A stretch of 62,901 bases of DNA, counting the filler, from Octopus bimaculoides (Eukaryota): assembly GCF_001194135.2 (NCBI RefSeq). It is 3 parts of 3 records of this genome, joined end to end, with 100 filler letters (N's around TTAATTAATTAA, not from the genome) between each part and the next. Parts side by side here need not be neighbours in the genome. Positions count along the whole stretch, not along the records: positions 23,114 to 51,729 come from NC_069002.1; 2 more parts are not named here. One strand, given 5' to 3'. Numbering within the stretch: position 1 is the first letter of the stretch; every line of letters begins with the position of its first letter. A program made the translations under genes and the position numbers. The notes beneath the pieces were generated by a model that was given only the letters and a program-made list of their open reading frames with translations, had not been told where the DNA came from and searched no databases. This document shows, in pieces, positions 27,065-39,791 of the stretch.

Positions 27065-29054
27065 CTACAACTACTTCATCATATCACTACTGCATAAATC
27101 TCTCTGAAAGATTTAGAAACGTATCATTTATAAATTTGAAATGGTATTAGTCTACAATAACCATTATTTAATGCAGATACACCCCTAAATGCCAAATTAA
27201 TTGCGGCATTCGTTCGCAGATTATATATTTTTTTATGAACGAACTCTGCTTAAAAACACAAATATAGCAGCAGCAGGCGAAAACTGTCCAGCAGTGGTGG
27301 TGAGAATGCTAGACACACATTTCTGCTTCTTTACGCTTCGTCAATAGCCTATATCTTTACTGTTAAACACAGTTCGCATGCTAAGAAGAATTTTGCCACT
27401 GGGTGCAAGCTGGCTCCTACCAACGAGTTGGACAACAGACCATATCAGAATCTGTTACAGGAAACTTCCGTACCCTCATCTACTTTGAAGATCATTCACC
27501 TTCATTGATGTTGCTTGGCAGAGAGACAAAATATGAAATTGTGGAATGGTACATTGTATAATGCAATTCCAAAGTCACTAAAATATATATGTGCGTGTGT
27601 GTGTATATGTGTATGTGTGTGTGCGCGCGCGCGCGTGTGTATGTATACACACACATACACATATGTACGCAAGTATGTATGTTTGTATGTATGTATGTAT
27701 CTATGTATGTAAGAATGTATGCAAGTCGTATGGAGCAGAATCACACTATCTTTAATAATAATAATATTTATTATATATATTCATATACATACATGTATAT
27801 ACACACACACACATACACACATATATATATACATATATTATATATATANNNNNNNNNNNNNNNNNNNNNNNNNNNNNNNNNNNNNNNNNNNNNNNNNNNN
27901 NNNNNNNNNNNNNNNNNNNNNNNNNNNNNNNNNNNNNNNNNNNNNNNNNNNNNNNNNNNNNNNNNNNNNNNNNNNNNNNNNNNNNNNNNNNNNNNNNNNN
28001 NNNNNNNNNNNNNNNNNNNNNNNNNNNNNNNNNNNNNNNNNNNNNNNNNNNNNNNNNNNNNNNNNNNNNNNNNNNNNNNNNNNNNNNNNNNNNNNNNNNN
28101 NNNNNNNNNNNNNNNNNNNNNNNNNNNNNNNNNNNNNNNNNNNNNNNNNNNNNNNNNNNNNNNNNNNNNNNNNNNNNNNTCTAACGTTGTGAAACCACAG
28201 AAAGTCATCTCTCTCCGTTCATTAATGAGTTTTTAAGTGTTTTCCACCTTTAACTACAGCGGAACCTAACATTAGTGGTTTGTCTTTGGTCTTACCAACG
28301 CGCGCGCGCGCAAGGCGGCGAGCTGGCGGAAACGTTAGCACGCCGGGCGAAATTCTTAGCGTTATTTCATCTGCTGCTACGTTCTGAGTTCAAATTCCGC
28401 CGAGGAGAGAGACGGGGGTAGAAAAAGAGAGAGAGAGAGGGGGGAAGAGAGAGAAAGAGAAAGAGAGAGAGAGAGAGTTATGGTTAGTGACGAAACAAAA
28501 CAAAATGGCGAGAGAAAAATGAAAGCAGATTGGAGAAAGATCGGCATAAGAGAAGAGGTGAAAAAAGAGAAGTAAGTAGAACAGCAGAGCCCCACCCGGC
28601 TCGACCCATCCTAGCGGTATAAAAATGGGCGGGTTAAATGTTATTCATTATGTTCAAGTTAAGTCATAAATACATTGTTGTCACTTTATGGAGTTTCGTA
28701 GCTGACTTCACTTACCACAATGGGAGGAGGGGGGAGCACGACAATAGTGGCGGATTCTGCTACTGGTTATATATGGTGGCTGTGACGATGTTATTTTGTA
28801 ATTGAATTTACCCGCGGGCTCGAACGTCGCCTACGAATTTCATATCCACCTCCCATTGTTCTTTCGTTTTCTGTTACTGTGTGGTGTTTTTTCTTTTCTT
28901 TTTTTTTTGTATATGTATCTCTTTCTTGTTAATGTCTCTCGCCCCCACTCTTGTCTCGCTTCATCTCTATCTCTCGATCTGTCTATACGCGCACATACAT
29001 ACATACATACATACATACATACATACAAACAAACATACATACCAGAAAGGTGAA

Positions 29055-29230
29055 AGCTAATTCGAAGACTACAGATCCAATCCATCACTGGAACTGTAAA
29101 AATCTGCAAAACTTTCCAGAAGTTTATCATTTTATCATTTAAATATATATGGGCATGTCTAGATATGTAATTCTATGCATAAGAATACATACAGGAAAAC
29201 AAAGCTTACAAATCTGCACATATACATCCA
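29055..29230 (+). mobile_element. 5'-truncated 3' end of the same RLE-LINE family (PRDM12 intron 1)
   Basis: gctaattcgaagactacagatccaatccatcactggaactgtaaaaatctgcaaaactttccagaagtttatcatt matches 19975-20050. Confidence 0.7.
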
Positions 29231-29480
29231 TACATCTATCCATCCATCCATACATCTATCCATCCATCCATCCATCCATACATGGTGGTTGTCTACTCCT
29301 TAAACAGAGTTTGACCACCTCCTGCACCTACACCTTAGCCCTTTCATGGCGTCTGATGTGGCTTTTTAAACCAGACAGTGTTTTGAAAAAACACCCACAC
29401 AGATTGCACCTCTGATTATATCTTGGAGTAACTTTCCTAATGTCTTCTATTTTCTAAAGAGGGCAGGATATACATGCATA

Positions 29481-29690
29481 TCGTTCGTTCGTTCGTTCGT
29501 TCATCCGTCGTTGTGGACAATGACCAAGGACATCACATGGGAGAAGAAACAGAGCAAGGTGTGTCAAGCAATGGCCGATAAGTCCGATCCATGCTCGAAA
29601 GACTGAGGCAGGTCGGGCACTGGTGGTCTGCTGTATCAGGCAAGGAATTCTGCCTCATATGCCCCATCCAACGTCAAAGTTTTCAATTCT
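29481..29690 (-). mobile_element. RTE-clade LINE 3' end with (GAAC)n tail
   Basis: Minus strand encodes HQCPTC + frameshift + FRAWIGLIGHCLTH, the RTE C-terminal zinc-finger-like motif (consensus CPxC.R.FRARIGL.SH.RTH), followed by (gaac)n. Confidence 0.65.
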
Positions 29691-29762
29691 ACTGTTTCCA
29701 TAATTTTTCCTTAGAAAATTCCCAACCAAGAACGCTTGTTAAATTCTTCACGCACAGGTTTC

Positions 29763-29950
29763 AAATTTTGGCACAAGGCCAGCAATTTGAGAGAAAAGGT
29801 AAGTCGATTACATTGATCCTAATGCTCGACTGGTACTTATTTTATCGACCCCGAAAAGATGAAAGGCAAAGTCGACCTCAGCGGAATTTGAACTCAAAAC
29901 GTAAAGACGGACGAAATGCCGCTAAGCATTTCTTCCGGCGTACCAGCTTG
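29763..29950 (-). mobile_element. SINE family B, antisense
   Basis: ctggtacttattttatcgaccccgaaaagatgaaaggcaaagtcgacctcagcggaatttgaactc. Confidence 0.8.
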
Positions 29951-31035
29951 CTAACTTTGTATTCTGTACATATAAACATTTAAAAGCGAAGTAGCTGATG
30001 AGAGAGGCTTGTACGTAGTCGTGCAATCTGCTAAAAATAACAGCAAAGTCTCCGTCAAATCACATCCTGCCCTCTTTAGAAAATAGAAGACATTAGGAAA
30101 GTTACTCCAAGATATAATATGTTTGAATAAAAGATGGAATGATCGTAGCTGGAACACTTTTGACAATAGATGGGTCTGATGGATTAAGCCTAACTTGTAA
30201 CTGGACAACCACGTAAAAGAGAGGAAGGAAAAAAAAAAAAAAATGGAACACTTGAGGAACAACTCTGATTAGTTGATCTAATGAGATTTAATGTTCTTTG
30301 AACGGATGCTGTTTGTTTCTAACCATTGTTAACTTTTGTTACATCGAACAAATAACAAATATCTAAATCAGAATAGGAATCCTCTGATCATTCTCTTTTA
30401 TTCTTCCATTCTGTTATTCCAACACTTTGTCTTATGGCAGTTTCGTTTCCTTTCATTTTTCGCGTTTCTTGATACACCAGTGGATTCGAGCAAGACGGTA
30501 GCCATAAGCAGCTAATGTTTTTTCTTTTGTCTTTTTTCTCCCCCTCACCATTTTTTTTATTCTCCTGCTAGGATTTTCTGCCAGTGGTCTCTTCTGCTGG
30601 TGGTTTCTGCTGGTCTTTTCCGCTCGTTCTCTTACATTTGCCAGTATATGTGACGTGTTGTCTGCTGGTTGCCTCATTTTTCTTCTCCAATACACCAGTG
30701 GATTCAAGCAGCCGACACTGGTGGACGTTTTTTTCTTTTTCAATTTTTTTTTCAATATATTTTTTTCTGTGAAGCCGACGAATGCGGGTCTTTGCACCTC
30801 ATTGAAGATAAAAGCAGAATGAACAAACTTGATGACATTGTACAGTCGACAATAGCACAATCTGTGCCCCCTACGGAATAGGTTTAAATATCAATAAATA
30901 TTCATTGTCGTCTCAAATAACAAGGAATTAGAAAGCCGCCGACATAATACTTTCCGCTTTTACGCATATACTGGCGCACATACACACACACAAACACAAA
31001 CTCACAGATACACACACACACACAAACTCACAGAT

Positions 31036-31068
<33 letters not shown>

Positions 31069-33282
31069 GGCGCACACATACATACATACATACACAGACA
31101 CATACATGCTCACACGCTAAACCTCCAACCGCACCTCACCGTCTGTCCAATGCCCACACACTTCCCCCTCCACCATCAGGCGACCTGCTTCACTCTATCG
31201 CATTATTATTATCATTATGATGATAATTAAAATATTTAAAAAATATTTATTTACGTTGGAAAGGATTATAGAAGCCTAAATAGTCTCCTCTTACTTATCA
31301 CGTCTCAAATATCTCTTCTTGAATCGGCCATCTTTCTGCTTTCATCCCTTCCACTCTTTCTTCACTCTCACCTCTCCTCACTCCTACCTTCGTTATTTAT
31401 CTTCTTATCGTTGTTTAATCTTTGTCTCTCTAGTTTCTTCTCCTCCTCCTCCTTTCCCTCTCCTGCGTCTTACTATCTACTTCACCTCCTCCACCTCCCT
31501 CGTTTTTCAGACTTTTCTTCTTTTTTTTTTTGCTTCTGTTCTTTTGTTTTCTTTCTTTTCTTTTTGAACTTTCGATTTTGTTTTTTCTTGTTTTTTTTTA
31601 ACAGATTTTATTTCTGTTTATTTATTTATCTATTTATTTTGTTCACAAGCTTCTCCCACCATCACCACCAGCCAAACCCTTTTCTGCCTCCTCCTCCAAT
31701 TATTATACTCCTCCTCTTATTCCTAAATGAAGGAAGATGCTTACCGACCACGTGAATCTAGGTCCAGTCCCTCTGGTGTGGCACCTTGGGCAAGTGTCTT
31801 CTACTATTGCTCCAGGTTGACCAAAGCTCTGTGAGTGTATTTGGTAGACATAAAAGAAGCTCCTGGTGTATAAACATGTGTATATACATTTGCGTATATA
31901 CATTTGTGTATATACATATGTTTGGGTCTTTTCTGTTTGGCTGCACCTGTGGAAATTTTAAAGTTCATTGAAAATTTAAAAATCTGGTTGTTTCGATGTA
32001 ATTTTCCACGCTGAATCTTTTTCTTATTTTTTGGAATTTTCAGAAAAAGTTTTGCAGATTTGTATTCTACACTCGAGAATTCATACGATTGTCCAAAAAC
32101 CCGCCAAGAATTTTGGTGATTTAAGGCTTATTTAGCTATTATTTTTAGCACATCTCACGACCACTTCATACCTCATGTATTTTTAAGCATATGACCACGT
32201 GGGTAAGCAGCTTCGTAACAGCTTGGCTTGTTACTATGGAAACAGGCACTTATATGTTTGTGGTTTTCGACTGGCTAAAATTACCCAAAATTTGCAAACT
32301 TTAAAAACTATTAACTCTTTATTTATTGACTTATGACAACAATGAATTTCCTGTCAATGATTACCATACAAAACTACACCAATACACCAAATATGAGACC
32401 AATTGGAACAAAAACTGAAGAAATTGCAAAGCAGCAGCGAAACAGAAAAGATCCTCTNNNNNNNNNNNNNNNNNNNNNNNNNNNNNNNNNNNNNNNNNNN
32501 NNNNNNNNNNNNNNNNNNNNNNNNNNNNNNNNNNNNNNNNNNNNNNNNNNNNNNNNNNNNNNNNNNNNNNNNNNNNNNNNNNNNNNNNNNNNNNNNNNNN
32601 NNNNNNNNNNNNNNNNNNNNNNNNNNNNNNNNNNNNNNNNNNNNNNNNNNNNNNNNNNNNNNNNNNNNNNNNNNNNNNNNNNNNNNNNNNNNNNNNNNNN
32701 NNNNNNNNNNNNNNNNNNNNNNNNNNNNNNNNNNNNNNNNNNNNNNNNNNNNNNNNNNNNNNNNNNNNNNNNNNNNNNNNNNNNNNNNNNNNNNNNNNNN
32801 NNNNNNNNNNNNNNNNNNNNNNNNNNNNNNNNNNNNNNNNNNNNNNNNNNNNNNNNNNNNNNNNNNNNNNNNNNNNNNNNNNNNNNNNNNNNNNNNNNNN
32901 NNNNNNNNNNNNNNNNNNNNNNNNNNNNNNNNNNNNNNNNNNNNNNNNNNNNNNNNNNNNNNNNNNNNNNNNNNNNNNNNNNNNNNNNNNNNNNNNNNNN
33001 NNNNNNNNNNNNNNNNNNNNNNNNNNNNNNNNNNNNNNNNNNNNNNNNNNNNNNNNNNNNNNNNNNNNNNNNNNNNNNNNNNNNNNNNNNNNNNNNNNNN
33101 NNNNNNNNNNNNNNNNNNNNNNNNNNNNNNNNNNNNNNNNNNNNNNNNNNNNNNNNNNNNNNNNNNNNNNNNNNNNNNNNNNNNNNNNNNNNNNNNNNNN
33201 NNNNNNNNNNNNNNNNNNNNNNNNNNNNNNNNNNNNNNNNNNNNNNNNNNNNNNNNNNNNNNNNNNNNNNNNNNNNNNNNNN

Positions 33283-33314
<32 letters not shown>

Positions 33315-33316
<2 letters not shown>

Positions 33317-33742
33317 AGGCGTAATGGCCTAGTGGTTAGGACAGCAGACTCCTGGTCATCGGATCGCAGTTTCGATTCCCAGACCGGGCGTTGTGAGTGT
33401 TTATTGAGCGAAAACACTTGAAGCTCCGCGAGACCCCGGCCGGGGTTGGTGGCGACCCCTGCTGTACTCTTTCACCCCAACTTTCTCTCATTCTTTCTTC
33501 TTGTTTCCGCTGTACATTGTATTTCAAAGGGGCCAGCCTTGTCACACTGTGTCACGCTGAATATCCCCGAGAACTATGTTAAGGGTACGCGTGTCTGTGG
33601 AGTGNNNNNNNNNNCCGAGAACTATGTTAAGGGTACGCGTGTCTGTGGAGTGCTCAGCCACTTGCACGTTAGTTTCACGAGCAGGCTGTTCCGTTGATCA
33701 GTTCAACTGGAACCCTCGTCGTCGTAACAGACGGAGTGCCAC
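33315..33742 (+). mobile_element. tRNA-derived SINE family C (resembles octopus OR-type SINEs; name tentative)
   Basis: tRNA-like head ggaggcgtaatggcctagtggttagg...gtttcgattcccagacc, body gtatttcaaagggccagccttgtcacac...cacttgcacgtt; 38-bp artefactual duplication around the 10-N gap. Confidence 0.8.
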
Positions 33743-33753
33743 GATATATATGC

Positions 33754-33787
<34 letters not shown>

Positions 33788-34601
33788 ATTGTTATGTATC
33801 ACATAGGGCATGTGCTTTAGCATTGAGTTTCTATATGAGTGTGTGCGCGCACCTTGTTCTGTATGCGTGTTTGCATTGTGTTGACGTATCTGTGTATTGT
33901 TACATGTGTGTGTCTATATATGCGTTATGTTGTGCCGTGTATGTGTATTGTGTTGTGTGTTCGATTCGAATTGTTCTATGCATGTCATATGTGCCTATGT
34001 TCACACACACACACACCTATGTTTGTATATAACTGACTCATCAAAAGGTATTAATAATGATCGTTCTTGACAAGATCAAAAAAAAAACATTACAAACTAT
34101 ATCTTCCCTTCAGTTGATATTATTATGATAATTATCATTATCGTTTTTTATTATGATAATTATCATTATCGTTTTTTATTATTATCGATATTATTATGTA
34201 TATGATTTCTATTTTTTCTTCCCTCAGTATTAAAAAAAATTGGGTGACGTGAAAAAATGGATGATCTTAGTTTCGTACGTTTCACTGAATCTTTCACTTC
34301 ACCACACATCACAGTTAATCTCTGTTTCTTTTTTTTTTCATGTGTGTGTGGGGGTGGTGTAAAAATGCAAAAGAATTCGAAATAAATATTAGCGGGGGAG
34401 AAAAAAAAACAGAAAGTCATGTTTATCGTTGATGTTTATTTTGATGTATCTGTCGTTGTTGTGTGTGCAAAGGAAATGGCAGACGACAGGATTAAAATTG
34501 ATTCGTAGTATTTTAGTTACATTCTGAGTTCAAATCTTGCTGATGTTGTCTTTGATTTTTACCATTTTGATAGTCATATAAAAATTAACTCCCAGTTATG
34601 T

Positions 34602-34670
34602 CAGTGGTTCTCAACCGGGGTCCATATGGCCCCTGAAGGTCCACATCAGATTTTTGGGGGTCCCAATTTC
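34602..34670 (+). mobile_element. hAT/Charlie-like terminus
   Basis: CAGTGGTTCTCAACCGGGG is a typical hAT-Charlie TIR start; a similar ggttctcaaaccttt end occurs at ~9188. Confidence 0.45.
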
Positions 34671-35244
34671 ATTCAAAAGGCGTATGGGGTGACCCAAGGT
34701 TATGAAAGAAGATAGTTACTCAAGATTTCACGTAGTGAGATCGAACTCGAAACCTAACAATTACAAAGCGCACTTCTTTACCATTTGGCCATTGCTGCGT
34801 CCATATATGACTATTCGTCGTTATTATTGATGTTGTCTGAGGCGGCAAGTTGGTAGAATCGTTAGCCGAAGTCGACTTTGCCTTTCATCCTTTCGGAGGT
34901 CGATGAAATAAGTACCAGTTATGCACTGAGGTCGATGTGATCGACTCCCCCCTTCCCCCTAATTTCAGGCCTTTTGCCTATAGTAGAAAGGATTATTATA
35001 TTTTGTTCTTTGTTCAAATTCCACGAAAGTCAACTTTGCCTTTGAACACTTCCAGGTCGATAAAATACAATACCAGTCATTCACTGTGGTTGATGGCTCC
35101 GACTTAATCCCTTACCATCAAACCTGCTCTGCTAGCCCTGCGTCTAGATTAAATGCGATTATTATCGATGTTGTTGTTGTTGTGGTTGTCATCAACGATG
35201 TTATTGTTTTTATTAATATTGTTTTACTTTCGATATTGCCACAG

Positions 35245-35438
35245 GGGACCGAAACCTGCTTCCGCTTCTGTCAACCCCGCCACAAGTGCGCTTAGGTTTC
35301 TCATCGATACCTACTTACCGTTTTGGCGTGTTCAGTAGCTGCTGGATCAAGGCCGGCACCGAGATGGGTCCTTACATCGGCCGAGTAGTACAGTGCTGTG
35401 AGATCAATATGCGGATACCGAACGAAACCATGTGGGAG
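35245..35438 (+). CDS. PRDM12: PRDM12 exon 2, PR/SET domain N-terminal part (GDRNLLPLLSTPPQVRLGFSSIPTYRFGVFSSCWIKAGTEMGPYIGRVVQCCEINMRIPNETMWE)
   Basis: Acceptor ttgccacAG, donor GAG|GTAAGC; WIKAGTEMGP and MWE match PRDM12; phase 1 in, phase 0 out. Not in the ORF track. Confidence 0.95.
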
Positions 35439-35763
35439 GTAAGCCAAACGTAGATTCCATTCCTTTTCGTGAATTCTTGCAAGAAAAAGGTCGATCAAAG
35501 CCTTGTGACTGGAATTAGGAGACGGAAACTGGAAGAAGCCCGTCATCCGTATTCTCTTATTGTTTGACTTGTTTCGGCCATTTGGCTGGGGGCCATGCTG
35601 GAGCACCGCTTTTTAGTCGAAGAAATCGACCCATGGACTTTTTCTTTGCAAGCCTGGTACTTATTCTATCGGTCGCTTCTGCCGAACCGCTAATTAGGGG
35701 GGGGCGTATACACAGACACAACGACACACATAAATGTGTGCGTGTGTGTGGGTAGGTGGGGGC

Positions 35764-35926
35764 GCAGATGTGGCTCTGTGACAAGAAGTTTGCTTCCTAA
35801 CCACATGATTCCGGGTTCAGTCCCTTTGTGTGGCACCTTGGGTAAGTACTTCCTCTATGGCTGCGGGTCGACCCAAAGCAAAGTGAGTGGATATGATAGA
35901 CGGAAACAGAAAGAAGCCTGTCAAGT
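35764..35926 (+). mobile_element. SINE family A head/core, PRDM12 intron 2
   Basis: gatgtggctctgtgacaagaag...ccgggttcagtccc...gcaccttggg; runs into an N gap. Confidence 0.8.
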
Positions 35927-36179
35927 AANNNNNNNNNNNNNNNNNNNNNNNNNNNNNNNNNNNNNNNNNNNNNNNNNNNNNNNNNNNNNNNNNNNNNNNN
36001 NNNNNNNNNNNNNNNNNNNNNNNNNNNNNNNNNNNNNNNNNNNNNNNNNNNNNNNNNNNNNNNNNNNNNNNNNNNNNNNNNNNNNNNNNNNNNNNNNNNN
36101 NNNNNNNNNNNNNNNNNNNNNNNNNNNNNNNNNNTGTATGTATATGTATATATTTCATACATATATAGTTTTTGTGCAT

Positions 36180-36252
36180 GTGCACGTACGCGCGTGTTTG
36201 TATTTGCCCCCATCACAGCGTGACAACTGGTGTTGGTGACAAACACAGACAC

Positions 36253-36294
<42 letters not shown>

Positions 36295-36445
36295 GACGGG
36301 CTTCTTTCAGTTTCTGTCTACCAAATCTACTCACAAAGCTTTGGTCGGCCTGAGACTATAGAAGAAGGCATTTGCCCAAGGTGCAGTGGGATTGAACTCG
36401 GAACCACGTGGTTAGGAAGCAAGCTTCTTAGCACACACCCACTCC
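36180..36445 (-). mobile_element. SINE family A copy, antisense, PRDM12 intron 2
   Basis: Reverse complement of the family A head/core (cacgacgggcttctttcagtttc...ttgcccaaggtgc...gaaccacgtgg). Confidence 0.8.
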
Positions 36446-36529
36446 CACTCCTATTATATATCTGTAGATAGATAGATATCATCCGTTTGTTTATTTATTT
36501 TATTTATTTGCTTTTTTTATTGTGAATAG

Positions 36530-36685
36530 GTTTTCGACGAAAGTGGAGGAATCCTGTATTTTCTGGAAACTGACCACAGTACGCCTTCTTCGTGGCTCTC
36601 TTATATCAACTGTGCCAGGAATGACCAAGAGCAAAATTTGGAAATCTACCAGTCCGGCAGAGAAATATATTACAGAGCTCTAAAG
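36530..36685 (+). CDS. PRDM12: PRDM12 exon 3, PR/SET core (VFDESGGILYFLETDHSTPSSWLSYINCARNDQEQNLEIYQSGREIYYRALK)
   Basis: 156-nt phase 0/0 exon, tgaatAG acceptor, AAG|GTAAAA donor; SW..YI.CARN.QEQNL is the PR-domain signature. Confidence 0.95.
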
Positions 36686-37159
36686 GTAAAAAAAACTATC
36701 AGCTACGTGCGTGCGTGCGTGTGTGTAAATATAAGTATATACAACACTCCCTTCTTTCGATAGTTTACACCGCCCACTACGCTCAATTCTCTAAACTCCG
36801 CCCTTATATTGCTATTGTAGCCAACCAGGTTTCGAGTTTGATGATCTTTCTGTTACTGCCTACTAGGAATTAACATAAGTTAACCAATAGCCGTCCTGAT
36901 ATGTCTGTACCAAAGTGTGCGTGAGCAGAACTGTTAGTGAGGGGGTGGGATACTTCCGACGCTTAACGTTCTGAGTTCGAAATCCAGTCTAGATCAACTT
37001 ATCCTTTCATCCCTCTCGGGGCGGTAATATACGATACCAGTCATGTACTGGAGTCGATGTGATCAACTAAGACCGTTGAGTCAAAATTAGAAAGAATTAT
37101 TATTATTTATTTATTTATTTTTGTAAATTCTATTTAATATATTCTCAGTCATAAGCCTT

Positions 37160-37372
37160 GTGAGCTGGTAGAAACGACAGCGCGTCGGGCGAAATGCTTA
37201 GCTGTATTTCGTCTGTCTTTACGTTCTGAGTTCAAATTCAACCGAGGTCGACTTTGCCTTTCATCCTTTTGGGGGTCAATAAATTAAGTACCAGTTGCGT
37301 ACTGGGTCGATCTAATCGACAGACACCCCACTGAAAAAAAATGTCGGGCCTTGTGCCTAAAGTAGTAAAGAA
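37160..37372 (+). mobile_element. SINE family B, PRDM12 intron 3
   Basis: gagctggtagaaacg...gttctgagttcaaattcaaccgaggtcgactttgcctttcatcc...ggccttgtgcct. Confidence 0.85.
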
Positions 37373-38529
37373 TATATTCTTTGTTATCTCTTTATCATTG
37401 TTTCCCCTTTTGATAATCTTTGTGTGTTGTATTTCTCCTTTTGATGTACTCCCCAATGTCTTGAGTCCTTGTGGCAATCATCATCATCATCATTATTGTT
37501 ATACTCATTTCAATATATATATATANNNNNNNNNNNNNNNNNNNNNNNNNNNNNNNNNNNNNNNNNNNNNNNNNNNNNNNNNNNNNNNNNNNNNNNNNNN
37601 NNNNNNNNNNNNNNNNNNNNNNNNNNNNNNNNNNNNNNNNNNNNNNNNNNNNNNNNNNNNNNNNNNNNNNNNNNNNNNNNNNNNNNNNNNNNNNNNNNNN
37701 NNNNNNNNNNNNNNNNNNNNNNNNNNNNNNNNNNNNNNNNNNNNNNNNNNNNNNNNNNNNNNNNNNNNNNNNNNNNNNNNNNNNNNNNNNNNNNNNNNNN
37801 NNNNNNNNNNNNNNNNNNNNNNNNNNNNNNNNNNNNNNNNNNNNNNNNNNNNNNNNNNNNNNNNNNNNNNNNNNNNNNNNNNNNNNNNNNNNNNNNNNNN
37901 NNNNNNNNNNNNNNNNNNNNNNNNNNNNNNNNNNNNNNNNNNNNNNNNNNNNNNNNNNNNNNNNNNNNNNNNNNNNNNNNNNNNNNNNNNNNNNNNNNNN
38001 NNNNNNNNNNNNNNNNNNNNNNNNNNNNNNNNNNNNNNNNNNNNNNNNNNNNNNNNNNNNNNNNNNNNNNNNNNNNNNNNNNNNNNNNNNNNNNNNNNNN
38101 NNNNNNNNNNNNNNNNNNNNNNNNNNNNNNNNNNNNNNNNNNNNNNNNNNNNNNNNNNNNNNNNNNNNNNTGAATGTTGTTTTCACTGTCCATTTTTTCC
38201 TGTCTTGGTTTGTGTTTGCCACCTTGGAATCCTCTGTGTAGTGGGTTGATCCACTACTCAGGAAGAGACTATTCTAGAGTACGTTCTGTCTTGTCTTCGA
38301 AACGTCTAGATAGAATAGAGACAGCTGATGAAGGGATATTCCAAGTGGCTTTCCGTTTTCCTATGTGTTCGTTCCGTTGTCTGTAGTTTATTGTTCTAAC
38401 GTCCTGTACCCTGATATGCATGTATATACACATGTAGATGTAAGTATGTACATATATGTGTGTATACATGTGTATATATATTCTTTGTATTATATATATA
38501 TATATATATAATCTTAATCTTCCCTGCAG

Positions 38530-38644
38530 GATATACCGCCTGACCAAGAGCTGTTGGTGTGGTACAGCTCCAGACAAGATGCCTATATGGGAATTCCCGG
38601 AATGACGTCATTCAGTAACAGTGAATATGTCAAATGGAAAGCAG
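38530..38644 (+). CDS. PRDM12: PRDM12 exon 4, PR/SET C-terminus (DIPPDQELLVWYSSRQDAYMGIPGMTSFSNSEYVKWKA/E)
   Basis: ccctgcAG acceptor, GCAG|GTCAGT donor; IPPDQELLVWY...GIPG is PRDM12-specific. Confidence 0.95.
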
Positions 38645-38684
38645 GTCAGTAAATTTTTGTTTGTTGTGTTTTTTTTCTCTGCGT

Positions 38685-38736
<52 letters not shown>

Positions 38737-39101
38737 TTATACTTATGTTAGCAGAAGTGAATATCGATCGTTTGGTGCTCCTATCGTCAGGAGAGCTGAA
38801 TCCAATATTTCGGGTCTTTGGCAGTCATCCGAAACTCCAGCCAGGAAAAGAAATCATGCACAAATTCATACAAGCATGTCCACGGTTTATCGATAACATC
38901 CGTTACATTAAGAAATAATTAACGGATTAACGGTTATCGAAGTGAACTTTTCGATTAACGTTGCCCACCTTTGACATACGCACACACACACATACATACG
39001 TCAGTGACCTACCCTGGGTGTTAACGAATGATAGGAACTCATACATCTGTCTCTATAGCCTTTTATTATTATTATTATTATTATTTCGTTTGTACTTTCA
39101 G

Positions 39102-39389
39102 AATCCGTTAACCGAAACTGTAAAACGACTCCGCATTCCGTACAGTCACAAGTGACTCAACAAAATCCACAATGGAACCATTCAGATGGTAACAGGACAT
39201 CTTCGAATTCTTTGCCGACCCTCGGCACACGATTACATTGTGTTTTGTGTCGGAGAGGTTTCAATTCAAGGAGCAATCTCCGTTCACATATGCGCATCCA
39301 TACCCTGGAGAAACCGTTCGTTTGCAAATTCTGTAACCGTAGCTTCAGTCAGTCGTCGACATTACGGAACCACACACGTCTTCATACAG
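39102..39389 (+). CDS. PRDM12: PRDM12 exon 5, linker plus C2H2 fingers 1 and 2
   Basis: tactttcAG acceptor, ACAG|GTGAGT donor; encodes [50 protein letters not shown]; overlaps ORF 39152..39451. Confidence 0.97.
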
Positions 39390-39411
39390 GTGAGTATGTG
39401 ACATTCATGCA

Positions 39412-39660
39412 TTCTGTCATCTTTTACCTTTCCCTTGTTTCAGTTATTTGAACTGCGGTCATGCTGGAGCACCACCTTGATAGGTTTTAGTCGAGCGAAT
39501 TGAATTCAGTACTTATTAGGTTTTATTTTGGGTTTTTAAAGTTTAGTACTTATTTTATCGGACCTCTTATCAAATCGCTAAGTCACAAGGATGGAAACGA
39601 AACAACACCGATTGGCAAACGATAAGGGGGTACAAACACAGACACAAAGACACGCACGGA
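39412..39660 (-). mobile_element. SINE family A 3' half, PRDM12 intron 5
   Basis: ttcagttatttgaactgcggtcatgctggagcaccacc...gtacttatt...caaacacagacac. Confidence 0.75.
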
Positions 39661-39791
39661 CACACACACACGTGTATAAGAGTAAACAGTTTCAGAGCTC
39701 ATACATATTCATACCATAAGGAGCAGGTACAGAATTATGTATGGAAGGATATAAAGGTTATAATTTCTGTTGTACAATTTCTATTTTTCAG

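Noticed and set aside
28600-28870. Unique intronic block with TATA-, Hox/Cdx-like (TCATAAA, TTTATGG) motifs as a PRDM12 enhancer
   Set aside because: Such short motifs are expected by chance in AT-rich DNA; cross-species conservation or ATAC data are needed.
30453-30860. CLNPLVYW resembling a GPCR TM7 NPxxY motif
   Set aside because: The surrounding sequence is Lys/Arg-rich with no TM helices; the motif derives from a locally duplicated 20-mer (atacaccagtggattc.agc at ~30472 and ~30690).
33315-33390. tRNA-like sequence as a functional tRNA gene
   Set aside because: It continues directly into a SINE body found elsewhere in the window and has an imperfect cloverleaf; the same applies to the heads at ~6300-6375, ~10340 and ~46680.
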